Assembly (NCBI GenBank): GCA_013416795.1 | Contig: RQSC01000002.1 | Span: 158,351-222,350 of the forward strand | Length of the DNA stretch: 64,000 bases | Reading direction: 5' to 3' | From: Prasinococcaceae sp. CCMP 1430 | Lineage: Eukaryota; Plantae; Prasinodermophyta | Part shown: positions 42,079 through 52,284 of the stretch, one piece after another | Layout: the number at the start of each line of letters is the position of its first letter | Numbering within the stretch: position 1 is the first letter of the stretch | Made by a program: the position numbers and the translations under genes | Notes under the pieces: generated by a model | Databases searched by the model: none | Told to the model about the DNA's origin: nothing | What the model saw: only the letters and a program-made list of their open reading frames with translations

Positions 42079-43892
42079 TCACCCCGAGTCGCTGTCGTCG
42101 TCGACCGTCTTGAGCACGCCGGCATCGACGAGCGCCTGCAGCGAGGCGAGCACGTCCTCCTCCGCCGCGTGCTCCGCGCACGCCTCCGCGGCCTCGCGCA
42201 CGCCCAGCAAAGCGCCGTGGGTGGCGCCCAGCGCCGCCTCCAGCGCGGGCGCCACCTCCAGCGGAAAGCACAGCGCGCCCTCCACCTCGGCGCCAGGCTC
42301 GTCGCCCTCCATGTGCAGCTCGCGCGGGTTGGCGAAGGGGTGGTACACCACCGCCTCACCCCCCTCGATCACCAGCCGCCCCGCGCCCGCGAAGGCGGCG
42401 CGCACGGCGCCGCCCGTGCGCACGGTGGCGTCGGCGCCGCCGGGGCCGCCTGCGCCCGCCGGAGGCACCATGCGCTGCGCCATGAAGCGCGCGCACATCT
42501 GGTCGGCCGCGGAGTCCACCGGCATGGCCGACACCACTTTGCGCACCATGCGCTCGATTTGGGAGAGCAGCGCGCCGCGCCGCGAGCCCCCGTCACCGCC
42601 CTTGCTCGCGCCCTTGCCGCCGCCGTCCGCACCCTCCCGCTCGCCGCCGCCGTCTTCGGCGTGCACGACGCCCAGGTGGTCGAAGACGTCCCGCGGCACG
42701 CACCTGCGCAGCGCCTCGTTCTCCTCGGCGGCGGTGGCCAGCGCGCCCTGCAGCGCCAGTTGCATGAAGTCCGCCCACGTGACGCGGTGGCCGCTCGACA
42801 CGGTGACGTGCAAGGAGTGTTCGTCCGTGTCCGCCACCGCCGCCTCGTGGATGGTGCCGCGTGGCATGTAAAGCACGTCGCCCGGATGCAGCGTGACCAC
42901 CGCCGGCGGTGGCAGGTCCTCCGGCACGAAGTCCGCCGAGCTCTCGCGCGGCCAGCGCTCCTGGCCCGCCGCCTGGCGCGGGTACACGTGCCAGCGCTTG
43001 GTGCCCTCCAGCTGCAGCACGAAGGCGTCGATGTCGTCCCAGTGGGGCGCGAAGCCCTGCGAGCGCGGCGGGGTGAGGTACGCGTTGCAGCCCACAGCGC
43101 AGCCGAAGTGGCGCTCGAGGCCCGCCAGGAGCGACTGCAGCGCGTCGCTCCAGCGCTGGGGGTGCAGCACGCGCAGCGAGCACCCGCGCGACTCGAAGAG
43201 CTCCCACACGCGGTCGGGATCGGCGCGCTCGCCCGGCGCGCCGTTGTGCACCACCTTCTCGCGCAGCGACTCGTCGAAGCGCACGGCGTCCACGTTGTAC
43301 CGCCACACGAGCCCCCGCTCGCGGCGCAGCAGCGCATCGACGTCGGCCTTGCAGAAGAAGCCGCGCAGGTGGCCGCGGCCGCGGCCCTTGCACAGCAGCG
43401 GCCGCCGCTCGAAGTAGCGCTCCCAGAACGCCGCGGGCGGCACCGGCGCGAGGAGCCAGCCGAGCAGCGACTCGGGCGCGTCGGTCGCGTCGGCGGCGGC
43501 GCACGCGAGCGGGCCGGGGGGCGGGTTCTCGCGAGTGAGCAGCGACTCGGGCGCGTCGGCGGAGGCGGTGGCGGCGTCGGCGACGTCGAGCACCTTGGCG
43601 ATGGCCGCCTTTGCCGCCGCGTCGGTGGGCGGGAGGGGGGGACGCTTCTTCGAGGAATCAGGCCGCCTCCTGCCCTCCCCCTGCAGCACCTTGGCGGCGA
43701 CCGCGTGTGAGGGGGTGGTATGTTGTGTGTGTGACCGCTGCTGCTGCGTATCTCTCTGCGCCTGCGCCTGCGCCTGCCTGCGCTGTTTCTTGCCGCTCGG
43801 CCCGCTCACGGACCGGGGTTGGGCGGTGGGAGCCGGCACAGGCGCGGGCCGCGGCGCCGCCTCGCCGCCGCCAAACGCCGCGCCGGCCGTGC
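42079..43892 (-). CDS. RIOX1: JmjC ribosomal oxygenase RIOX1/NO66-like (5' end in gap)
   Basis: FWERYFERRPL, GCSLRVLHPQRW, NAYLTPPRSQGFAPHWDDIDAFVLQLEGTKRW (HxD), LHPGDVLYMPRGTIHEA and SLHVTVS. Confidence 0.92.
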
Positions 43893-44738
43893 NNNNNNNN
43901 NNNNNNNNNNNNNNNNNNNNNNNNNNNNNNNNNNNNNNNNNNNNNNNNNNNNNNNNNNNNNNNNNNNNNNNNNNNNNNNNNNNNNNNNNNNNNNNNNNNN
44001 NNNNNNNNNNNNNNNNNNNNNNNNNNNNNNNNNNNNNNNNNNNNNNNNNNNNNNNNNNNNNNNNNNNNNNNNNNNNNNNNNNNNNNNNNNNNNNNNNNNN
44101 NNNNNNNNNNNNNNNNNNNNNNNNNNNNNNNNNNNNNNNNNNNNNNNNNNNNNNNNNNNNNNNNNNNNNNNNNNNNNNNNNNNNNNNNNNNNNNNNNNNN
44201 NNNNNNNNNNNNNNNNNNNNNNNNNNNNNNNNNNNNNNNNNNNNNNNNNNNNNNNNNNNNNNNNNNNNNNNNNNNNNNNNNNNNNNNNNNNNNNNNNNNN
44301 NNNNNNNNNNNNNNNNNNNNNNNNNNNNNNNNNNNNNNNNNNNNNNNNNNNNNNNNNNNNNNNNNNNNNNNNNNNNNNNNNNNNNNNNNNNNNNNNNNNN
44401 NNNNNNNNNNNNNNNNNNNNNNNNNNNNNNNNNNNNNNNNNNNNNNNNNNNNNNNNNNNNNNNNNNNNNNNNNNNNNNNNNNNNNNNNNNNNNNNNNNNN
44501 NNNNNNNNNNNNNNNNNNNNNNNNNNNNNNNNNNNNNNNNNNNNNNNNNNNNNNNNNNNNNNNNNNNNNNNNNNNNNNNNNNNNNNNNNNNNNNNNNNNN
44601 NNNNNNNNNNNNNNNNNNNNNNNNNNNNNNNNNNNNNNNNNNNNNNNNNNNNNNNNNNNNNNNNNNNNNNNNNNNNNNNNNNNNNNNNNNNNNNNNNNNN
44701 NNNNNNNNNNNNNNNNNNNNNNNNNNNNNNNNNNNNNN
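43893..44738. other. Assembly gap (N run)
   Basis: 846 consecutive N. Confidence 1.
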
Positions 44739-45300
44739 GCGGCCGGGGAACGCGCGCGGGCGAGCGGCCGCGCGCGCGCCGAAAAGGCCATACTTCGTGC
44801 GCACGTTCATCTGCATCTCCACCGAGCTCCCTCCCCGCCTGCGCCCGCGCGTACGCGCCTGCGCCCGCCGGCGCGCGTCGCGTGCGCACCTTCGGGGAAC
44901 GGAACGCGCCGCATCGAAACGGCGGAAATGTGTTTGGTATCAGAGTTTGACGCCGCGGATACATCGCGAGGGTTTCGGGAGGACCGGCGGGCGCGGCGAC
45001 TGGCATGCCCTTCCTGAAGAGCTATGAAAACGAAAGGGCGGGCCGCGGGCCCGAGACCACTCGCTCGGCGGCGCGCGCTGCGCACTGCTCCTGCGCGCCG
45101 CGTGCGGAGAGGCGCTCCCCCCCCCCCCCATTCGAAAATCGCCGACGTTTACGCGCGCAAGCGAGCAAGTCATCGCAAGTCATCGCAAGCCATCGCCTCG
45201 TCGGCCTCGCGTTTGATGATGTATACTGGCGGTCTGGCCGAGCTCCTCTGAGCACCAAACCCCTCTCGTAAGCAAGCAAGCAAAGCACTTCCCTCACAGC

Positions 45301-46366
45301 TCACAGCCCCGCCTCCTTGCCGTCGGCCTGGCGCAGCTCGCCGAGGTTGGTGGGCGCCTGCGCGGCGCAGATCTTGGAGTTGGCGAAGCGCGCGGCGTCG
45401 CCGCCGGCCTCCTTGACCTTGGAGTTGATCCAGTCGTACGTGATCTTGAGGCCCTCCTTGAGCGGGGTGTCGGGCTCCCAGCCGAGCTTCTCCTTGATGA
45501 GGGTGTTCTCGGAGTTGCGGCCGCGCACGCCCTCGGGGCCCGGGATGTGCTTGATGGGCAGCGACTTGCTCTCGAAGCCGATGACCATCTCGGCCATCTC
45601 GTTCATCGACACCATCTCGGTGGAGCCGAGGTTGAGCGGCTCGCAGAAGTCCGACTTGGTGATGCGCAGGATGCCCTCGACGCAGTCCTCGATGAAGGTG
45701 AAGGAGCGCGTCTGCTTGCCGTCGCCCCACATCTCGAACTCCTCCGTCGAGGTGATGGCCTTGCGGCAGAAGGCGGCGGGCGCCTTCTCGCGGCCGCCCT
45801 GCCAGGTGCCGTACGGCCCGTAGATGTTGTGGAAGCGGGCGATGCGCGTCTGGATGCCGAAGTCGGTCTGGTAGTGCTTGTAGATCTCCTCCGACGCCAG
45901 CTTCTCCAGGCCGTAGGCGTCCTGCGGCTCCGCGGGCCACGCGTACTCCTCCTTGAGGCCCGGGTTGGAGGGGTCCAGCTGCTTGTTCTCCGGGTAGATG
46001 CACGCCGAGGACGCGTAGAACATGCGCTCCACCTTGTTGATGCGCGCGGCCTCCAGCATGTTGAACGAGATCATGGTGTTGTTGTACATGATCACCGAGT
46101 GGTTGGACTGGATGAAGCCCATGCCGCCCATGTCCGCCGCGAGGTTGAAGACGTGCGTGCAGTCCTTGGTGACCTTGAGGCAGTTGTCGTACACGCGCAG
46201 GTCCGCCAGGATGAACTCGTCGCAGAACATGTCCTCGGTCATGTGCTCATTCTTCTTCCAGTCGACGGCGCGCACATAGTGGCCCTCGCCCTTGAGGCGA
46301 CGCGCGAGGTGCGACGCGATGAAGCCGCCCGCGCCGGTGATGCAGATCTTGAGCTTGCCAGCGGGC
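45301..46366 (-). CDS. GME: GDP-D-mannose 3',5'-epimerase (last exon; first exon in gap)
   Basis: ITGAGGFIASH, FNLAADMGGMGFIQSNHSVIMYNN, YASSACIYPE, QDAYGLEKL, GGREKAPAAFCRK and GPEGVRGRNS. CAG acceptor at 46367 with a CTGAC branch point. Confidence 0.97.
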
Positions 46367-46452
46367 CTGCGTCGCGCGATCGCGTCAGCGCGCGCGACCG
46401 CCACCCGCCCACCGCGCGCGCACGGCGCCGCGCACGACGCCTCCGCCAAACA

Positions 46453-46934
46453 NNNNNNNNNNNNNNNNNNNNNNNNNNNNNNNNNNNNNNNNNNNNNNNN
46501 NNNNNNNNNNNNNNNNNNNNNNNNNNNNNNNNNNNNNNNNNNNNNNNNNNNNNNNNNNNNNNNNNNNNNNNNNNNNNNNNNNNNNNNNNNNNNNNNNNNN
46601 NNNNNNNNNNNNNNNNNNNNNNNNNNNNNNNNNNNNNNNNNNNNNNNNNNNNNNNNNNNNNNNNNNNNNNNNNNNNNNNNNNNNNNNNNNNNNNNNNNNN
46701 NNNNNNNNNNNNNNNNNNNNNNNNNNNNNNNNNNNNNNNNNNNNNNNNNNNNNNNNNNNNNNNNNNNNNNNNNNNNNNNNNNNNNNNNNNNNNNNNNNNN
46801 NNNNNNNNNNNNNNNNNNNNNNNNNNNNNNNNNNNNNNNNNNNNNNNNNNNNNNNNNNNNNNNNNNNNNNNNNNNNNNNNNNNNNNNNNNNNNNNNNNNN
46901 NNNNNNNNNNNNNNNNNNNNNNNNNNNNNNNNNN
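46453..46934. other. Assembly gap (N run)
   Basis: 482 consecutive N. Confidence 1.
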
Positions 46935-47975
46935 GCCAGCCCGGGTCCGTGCCGCCGGCGCGTCTCACTCGGCCGCCACCCCGACCGCCTCCGCGCCGCC
47001 CGACGCCGCGGGCTTGCCCGACGCCGCGGCCAAGCCCGCGTCCGAGTGGGACGCGAAGGGCCTCGTGCAGGAGGCCGCGCGGCAGGTGTATCGCGCCGAG
47101 AAGGTACGGACGGCGCCACGACTGGCGAATGCGCTCTCGCTGCCAGCCGCTGACGCCTCGAACGCGCCCCGGCGCCCCCCTCGCCACCCCACCCCACACA
47201 CAAAAACGCCGCCACCACCACCACGTGCAACAACCAACCAACCACAACAAAGCGGCTCTTCAAGGCAGCGGCTTCGAAGCGCCAGGCCGACGAGCGGTAC
47301 GCGGCGGTCGAGGCGCTGGGCGACGCGGCGACGCTCAAGCAGCTCGAGAGCGTCCCGGATGTGGACGCCGCAGCCGCGCGCGTCTCGGACGCGCGCCAGA
47401 AGCTCGAGGCGCTGCGGGACCTCGAGGCTGCCGCGCGCGCGTGCGCCGGGGAAGGGGTGAGCGACGAGGTGGCGGCTGCCGCGCTCGCGCTGGGCGTGGG
47501 CGACGCTCCGCCGCCCAAGCAGCCGCGTGGCCCCAAGCGCAAGAAGGGCCCGCCCGCATCTTCGGTGGCGCCGCGCAAGCCCTACTGGCGCTACACGTCA
47601 GCCGACGGCGTCGAGATCCGTGTGGGGCGGCGCGCCGCCGACAACGACGAGCTCAGTTGCGACCCCGCGCACCGCGACGCCGCCGACTGGTGGCTGCACG
47701 CCGCGGGGTGCCCGGGCAGCCACGTGGTCATACGCACGCACGCAGACGACGTGCCCAAGGAGACGCTCGCGGACGCGGCGGCGCTCGCCGCCAAGAATTC
47801 CAAGGCACGGCAGCGCGGCAAGGCGCCGGTGACGCTCTGCCGCTGCCGGCAGGTGTCCAAGCCGCGCGGGGCGAAGGCTGGCCTCGTCCAGCTCTCGGGC
47901 GACGTGCGCACGGTGAAGAGCGACGTGTCGGCCGAGGGAGCGCGGCTCGAGCGCCTCGAGGCGACCAAACAATAA
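46935..47975 (+). CDS. Stand-alone NFACT-R (DUF814) RNA-binding domain protein (5' end in gap)
   Basis: EIRVGRRAADNDEL, DWWLHAAGCPGSHVVIR, LADAAALAAKNS and VSKPRGAKAGLV. Probable intron 47104..47252. Confidence 0.85.
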
Positions 47976-48024
47976 CAGCCACGCATGCAACTCCCAAACA
48001 ATAACAGCCACGCATGCAACTCCC
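47965..48024 (+). repeat. 29-bp perfect tandem duplication spanning the NFACT-R stop codon
   Basis: CCAAACAATAACAGCCACGCATGCAACTC x2 (47965..47993 and 47994..48022) plus CC. Confidence 0.95.
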
Positions 48025-48139
48025 GCCGACGCGCCCTCCACTCTCCCGCGGGCGCCGTCGGGCGACGCGCACCGGAAGGCGCGCCGCCCCAGCGCGACCG
48101 CGAGGGGACGACACGCGGACTGTTACATGGCGCCCGCGG

Positions 48140-48190
48140 CGCGCGGCGCACCGCGCGCGAGATGGCCTTCACGGCGTCCTCCTGGCCAAT
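48140..48190 (-). pseudogene. clpC: Orphan ClpC/ClpB AAA+ fragment beside the single N at 48192
   Basis: IGQEDAVKAISRAVRRA matches the start of the ClpC second NBD. Only 17 codons, ending at a GCGC run. Confidence 0.7.
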
Positions 48191-48290
48191 CNTGAGCGCA
48201 GGGGCCGCGCGGGCGAGCGCGCCCGTCGATAAGGCCTGTCGATGTTCAGTTCTTGTTCTTGCTCTGGCACTCTTGCCACAGCCGGCCAGG

Positions 48291-50109
48291 TCAAATCAGC
48301 TGCGGCTCACCAGCGCCCGCGCCGGCCGCGCCGCCGCCGCCGCCGTACGACTCGTCCCACGCGGTCGCGCCGTGCCCCTCGGCGCTGCTGATGCTGGCAT
48401 CCTCGCCGTCCTCGTCGAGGGAGAGGCGCACGTACTCTGCGCGCGCGAAGCGGTCCCACTCGGTGAGCGTGGGGTCCTCCCTCTCCTGGCGGATGAGGAA
48501 CGGGTCGCGCGTCTCGAAGGCGATGAACTTGTTGAGGTTGCTCAGCACGTTGAAGAAGTTGCCAGACAGCGAGCAGCGCTTGAGGTCGCGCAGCGTGAAG
48601 ACGCCCTCGGAGCCGGGCTTGATCATGTCCGACATCTGGCACGAAATGTCCTCGAAGAGCACCGGCTCCTGCTGCAGGCACTCCATGCGGTGGAGCTGCT
48701 CGTCGTAGAAGTGGCGCAGCTCGTGCGGCAGCAGCAGGCCGTCGCCGTCGAGGTCGATGCAGCGGAACCAGTACTCGAGCGACTGCGCGGTGGTCTTGTC
48801 CTCCTCCGACAGGATGAACCAGCAAAAGTCTTCGTACCCCATCTTGCCCGGGTGCCCCGACACGAAGCGCCTCGGCGCCTCGGCGAAAATGCGGTCGACG
48901 ATGCGGTACGTCAGCGCGTGGTTGCCGTAGCGCATGAGGTCCTCGCGGTCCAGCAGGAAGTCGTGGTCCTGGTCGAGCTCCCAGAAGCGGCAGTAGATCA
49001 CTGCGCGGCCGGCACGACCGCGAGGGGGTCAGCGGAAACGCGAGCAGCGCGCCGGCATGGACGCGCGCGGCGGCGACAAGGCGCTCCGCGCGCGCGCGCG
49101 CGCGCGCGCACGGAGGATCCCGCCGCAGCGCGGGCACACGCCGCACGCACGCACCGTAGAAGTGCTCGTAGCTGAAGTACTTGACCACGCGGTTGATGTC
49201 CTCTTCGTCGTCCGCCATCGCCATCGCCTCGAGCAGGTCGGACTTGCCCAGCTCGCGCAGCGTCATCTTGCCCGTGTCGGAACGGTTGACGCCGTAGAAA
49301 ATGCGGTGGATGACGGTCTCGGCGTAGCGCTCCTGGAACTCGGGCGTCTCCGAGAGGAACTCAAGCCCCGGGTGGCGCGCGACGAGGTCGTTCAGCACGG
49401 GCAGGAAGTCCTGATTGCACACGTGGGGCTTGCCTCGCCGCAGGAGCTCGAACGCGCGGGCGTGCACGTCCAGGTGCGCCATCTTCGCCTCGAAGCAGTC
49501 TAGAAGCGCCCGCATGTCGACAGTCTGCCCGGCCGCGTCCCGCAGTTGCTGCGGCGAGCCGTCGCCCACGCTCTTGCCCGTCACGTACTCGAAGAGCAGC
49601 GGGCCGAGGAAGGACGGCAGCCCGCAGAGCTCGCGCGCGACGCGCGCGAAGTCCGCCACGGCCAGCCCCCCGTCCCCCACCGCGGCGAACAGCGCCCTCG
49701 CGCGCTCCCTTCCCTCGGCGCGCTGCTCGTCCGTGACCTTCCTGCCGCCGGGGAAGTAGAACTGCGGGATCTCCTGCTCGGGCGCCGGCGCGCGCGCCCC
49801 CGGCGCCCCGCCCGCGCCCGCGCTGGCGCGCCCGGAGTGGCGCCTGTGCGGCGACGGCGAGCGAGGGGGGCTCGTGCACTTGGCAGGCGAGAGCGGTGGC
49901 ATGGCCAGCGAGAGCAGCGCCTGCGCGCTCGTGGGGCTGAGCGGAGAGCCCGCTCCGCCGCCGCTGGGGCTGGCACCGCCGGCCGCCGCGCCGCGGCTCT
50001 CCGGGCCGAGCAGCGGCCTCCCCTCGCGCGCGTCGTCCAGCAACTTCATGACCAGCGCTTGTGAGTCGGGCAGGCTCAGCCAGTGCAGGAAGAGCTCATC
50101 GAGCTTCAT
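48291..50109 (-). CDS. Protein phosphatase 2A regulatory subunit B'' (EF-hand)
   Basis: [42 protein letters not shown]|[22 protein letters not shown] and [15 protein letters not shown]. Intron 49001..49154. The N-terminus may extend past 50109. Confidence 0.95.
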
Positions 50110-50149
50110 CTTGCTGCTCGGCGTGCGCACCTTCGGCGCATCCGCGCCG

Positions 50150-50377
50150 CCCCCCTACGCGCCGGTGGACTGCCTGGTGCCGGGGCTGCCGCGCACGCTG
50201 CCCGCCGAGACGTACGAGGCCTTCCACGCGCGCCGCCTCTCGGGCTTTTACGGGCCGGGCGCGAGCGCGCTCGAGGCGTGGCGAACGTACAACGCCGACA
50301 TCCTCGCCTTCGACGCCGACGGCCGCCTCGACGCGGCCGTGCGCGGCGAGCTGCGCGGCGAGGCGCCCGCGGCGTGA
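50150..50377 (+). other. Orphan 3' coding fragment abutting the PP2A B'' 5' end head-to-head
   Basis: Strong GC3-biased reading [34 protein letters not shown]...[15 protein letters not shown]...stop 50377. No start codon or acceptor is evident and the family was not recognised. Confidence 0.5.
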
Positions 50378-50564
50378 CTCGACCGGGCGGCTCGGGAGCG
50401 TGCCGAGTGCCCCGAGAGGCCCGTCGCGCGCGGACGCGGGCGCCTGCGCCTGCGCTGTGTGCGTCCTCCCCTGCGCCCACGCGCCCGCCTGCGCACACAC
50501 ACACAGCTGTGTGATAATAATGCATGTATAGTACTACTGTACAGTGGACCAGGCCCCAGTACCA

Positions 50565-50708
50565 CACGCGCAGCGCACGCTCCACCTCCACGGTGAAGTC
50601 GACGTGGCCCGGCGCGTCGGTAACGTCGATCGCGGTGTCTCCCCACGAGCAGTAGTTCGCGACAGCGGACCCGATGGCGACGCCCCTCTCGCGCTCGAGG
50701 TCCATCGA
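50565..50708 (-). pseudogene. Degenerate elongation factor G (mitochondrial EF-G1-like) G-domain fragment
   Basis: [15 protein letters not shown]...[30 protein letters not shown] against the family consensus MDLERE(R/K)GITI.SAAT.C.W...[21 protein letters not shown]. The catalytic RGIT and DTPG motifs are mutated. Confidence 0.85.
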
Positions 50709-50741
50709 GCCTGGAACGACTGTCAGTACGCACTCGTACTA

Positions 50742-50888
50742 CTCCTCGAACTCCGCCGGCGAGAGGTGGTGCGCCCACGAGTCGAAGAGCTGCACGGTCT
50801 GCGCGCCGCCCCTGACCTGGCACTCGCAGCAGGCGATGGGCGCCTCGGTCAGGTGGTCCAGGAAGGCGTGCAACGCCTCGGGGGTGTG
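50742..50888 (-). pseudogene. Degenerate plastid-type UROD fragment, in frame with the EF-G fragment but separated by a TAG
   Basis: PEALHAFLDHLTEA...CQVRGGAQTVQLFDSWAHHLSPAEFEE* resembles green-algal UROD (GAQxVQLFDSWA). Stop at 50739..50741. Confidence 0.75.
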
Positions 50889-50924
50889 CACCTCCTGTAT
50901 CTAGTGTGCACCGTACTACAACAG

Positions 50925-51060
50925 TTCTTCTGCACCATGCTCACCTCCATGTTCCCGCCGATGCTGCTGCTGACCGCCTCCAAGCGGACGGGCCAGGAGC
51001 TCAACACCGTCACCGGGGTCGCGTGCTACGCCACCATGGCGCTCGCCGCCGCACTCGAAG
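50925..51060 (+). pseudogene. Third coding-like fragment (hydrophobic, unassigned) in the patchwork locus
   Basis: FFCTMLTSMFPPMLLLTASKRTGQELNTVTGVACYATMALAAAL with GC3 bias, flanked by GTAC-rich linkers. Confidence 0.4.
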
Positions 51061-51099
51061 CTGCTGCAACGACTGTAACGGCCGACCACCCTGCGGTGA

Positions 51100-51600
51100 G
51101 GTTTGGGTTCAATACACAGTGTACTGTACACATATATTTAGGTATACACTTCTATCAGGGTTACTAAAACTGCCGGAGGGTGGGGGGGCGCAGGGGCACG
51201 CCAGGATGATAACATGTCAGCTCGGCGGGGCGGATATATCATAACTCATTTATGTCATAACATGCATATTACTTTGCATCTAACATTCTGTAGGTCACGG
51301 TGCATCTGATCGTTTGCGAATAGGTTCGAATGCATCCTTTGGGAATGCGTGTCAAAAAATGTCTCAGATTTGCTCTCTGGCGCTGACGTCAGAGGATGGT
51401 ACACCCGTCAGCTCGGCGGGGTTATTTCATCAAAATACACCAAATTTAGAACCTGTATATTTCTCTGCATCGAGCAATGCGTAGGTTATAATGAATCTGA
51501 GCGTTAGCGAAATACGTTTATATGCATCCATTCGGATTGTATATGAATTGTGATGTAAAATGTGCTCTGGCTCTGAGGTCAGAACGCATGCGATGCGATC
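51100..51600. other. AT-rich island with a 15-bp direct repeat
   Basis: Hand counts give 33% GC for 51241-51300 and 37% GC for 51481-51540. GTCAGCTCGGCGGGG occurs at 51216..51230 and 51407..51421. Confidence 0.85.
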
Positions 51601-51816
51601 GATGCACGCGCGGCGCGCGCCACAGCGCTCGCGCGGCGCGGGTGGCGTGGGCGCGGGAGGACGGGGATCTGACGCAGCGAGGGAGGGGGTGAGGTCGCGA
51701 GCGCGCGCTCGCATCGCGCGTGCGAGGGAGTGGGGGAGGGGGAGTGAGGGGAGCCTCCGCCGGCCGCGCCCCCCTGCCGCTCGCGCGCGAGTTTGCGCGC
51801 CGCCTTTTTTTTTTTT

Positions 51817-52174
51817 NNNNNNNNNNNNNNNNNNNNNNNNNNNNNNNNNNNNNNNNNNNNNNNNNNNNNNNNNNNNNNNNNNNNNNNNNNNNNNNNNNNN
51901 NNNNNNNNNNNNNNNNNNNNNNNNNNNNNNNNNNNNNNNNNNNNNNNNNNNNNNNNNNNNNNNNNNNNNNNNNNNNNNNNNNNNNNNNNNNNNNNNNNNN
52001 NNNNNNNNNNNNNNNNNNNNNNNNNNNNNNNNNNNNNNNNNNNNNNNNNNNNNNNNNNNNNNNNNNNNNNNNNNNNNNNNNNNNNNNNNNNNNNNNNNNN
52101 NNNNNNNNNNNNNNNNNNNNNNNNNNNNNNNNNNNNNNNNNNNNNNNNNNNNNNNNNNNNNNNNNNNNNNNNNN
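51817..52174. other. Assembly gap (N run)
   Basis: 358 consecutive N, flanked by a T run and a C run. Confidence 1.
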
Positions 52175-52284
52175 CCCCCCCCCCCCCCCCCCGTCCCCCC
52201 CGTCCCCCCGTCCCCCCGTTCCCCCTTCCCATCCCCTGCGCACTACTCACACCACACGAGCGCGCGCGGGCTCGCGGGCAAGCC

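Noticed and set aside
39482-42271. 929-aa antisense ORF over ABCF, and similar long shadows at 8683..10026, 45547..47460, 41992..43710 and 6230..8206
   Set aside because: Expected stop-poor antisense and alternative frames of genes with extreme GC3. They have no family motifs, while the opposite frame has clear ones.
44739-44960. Possible small exons after the gap (e.g. EMQMNVRTKYGLF or MYPRRQTLIPNTF)
   Set aside because: No frame could be assigned or linked to RIOX1 across the gap.
42079-47460. ORF-track entries running through N gaps (e.g. 42079..45006, 45301..47250, 43535..44950)
   Set aside because: N codons hide stops; only the motif-bearing parts were annotated.
47965-48024. 29-bp repeat as a possible CRISPR array
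   Set aside because: Only two directly adjacent copies, no spacer, no cas genes, and a eukaryotic context.
50742-50888. UROD fragment as the missing C-terminus of the UROD at 1..915
   Set aside because: It covers the same central region (QLFDSW versus QVFEAM) and is a different, plastid-type paralogue.
50895-50910. CTAG as a Helitron 3' terminus
   Set aside because: No convincing subterminal hairpin, 5' TC end, TIR or TSD was found, so the element class is left unassigned.
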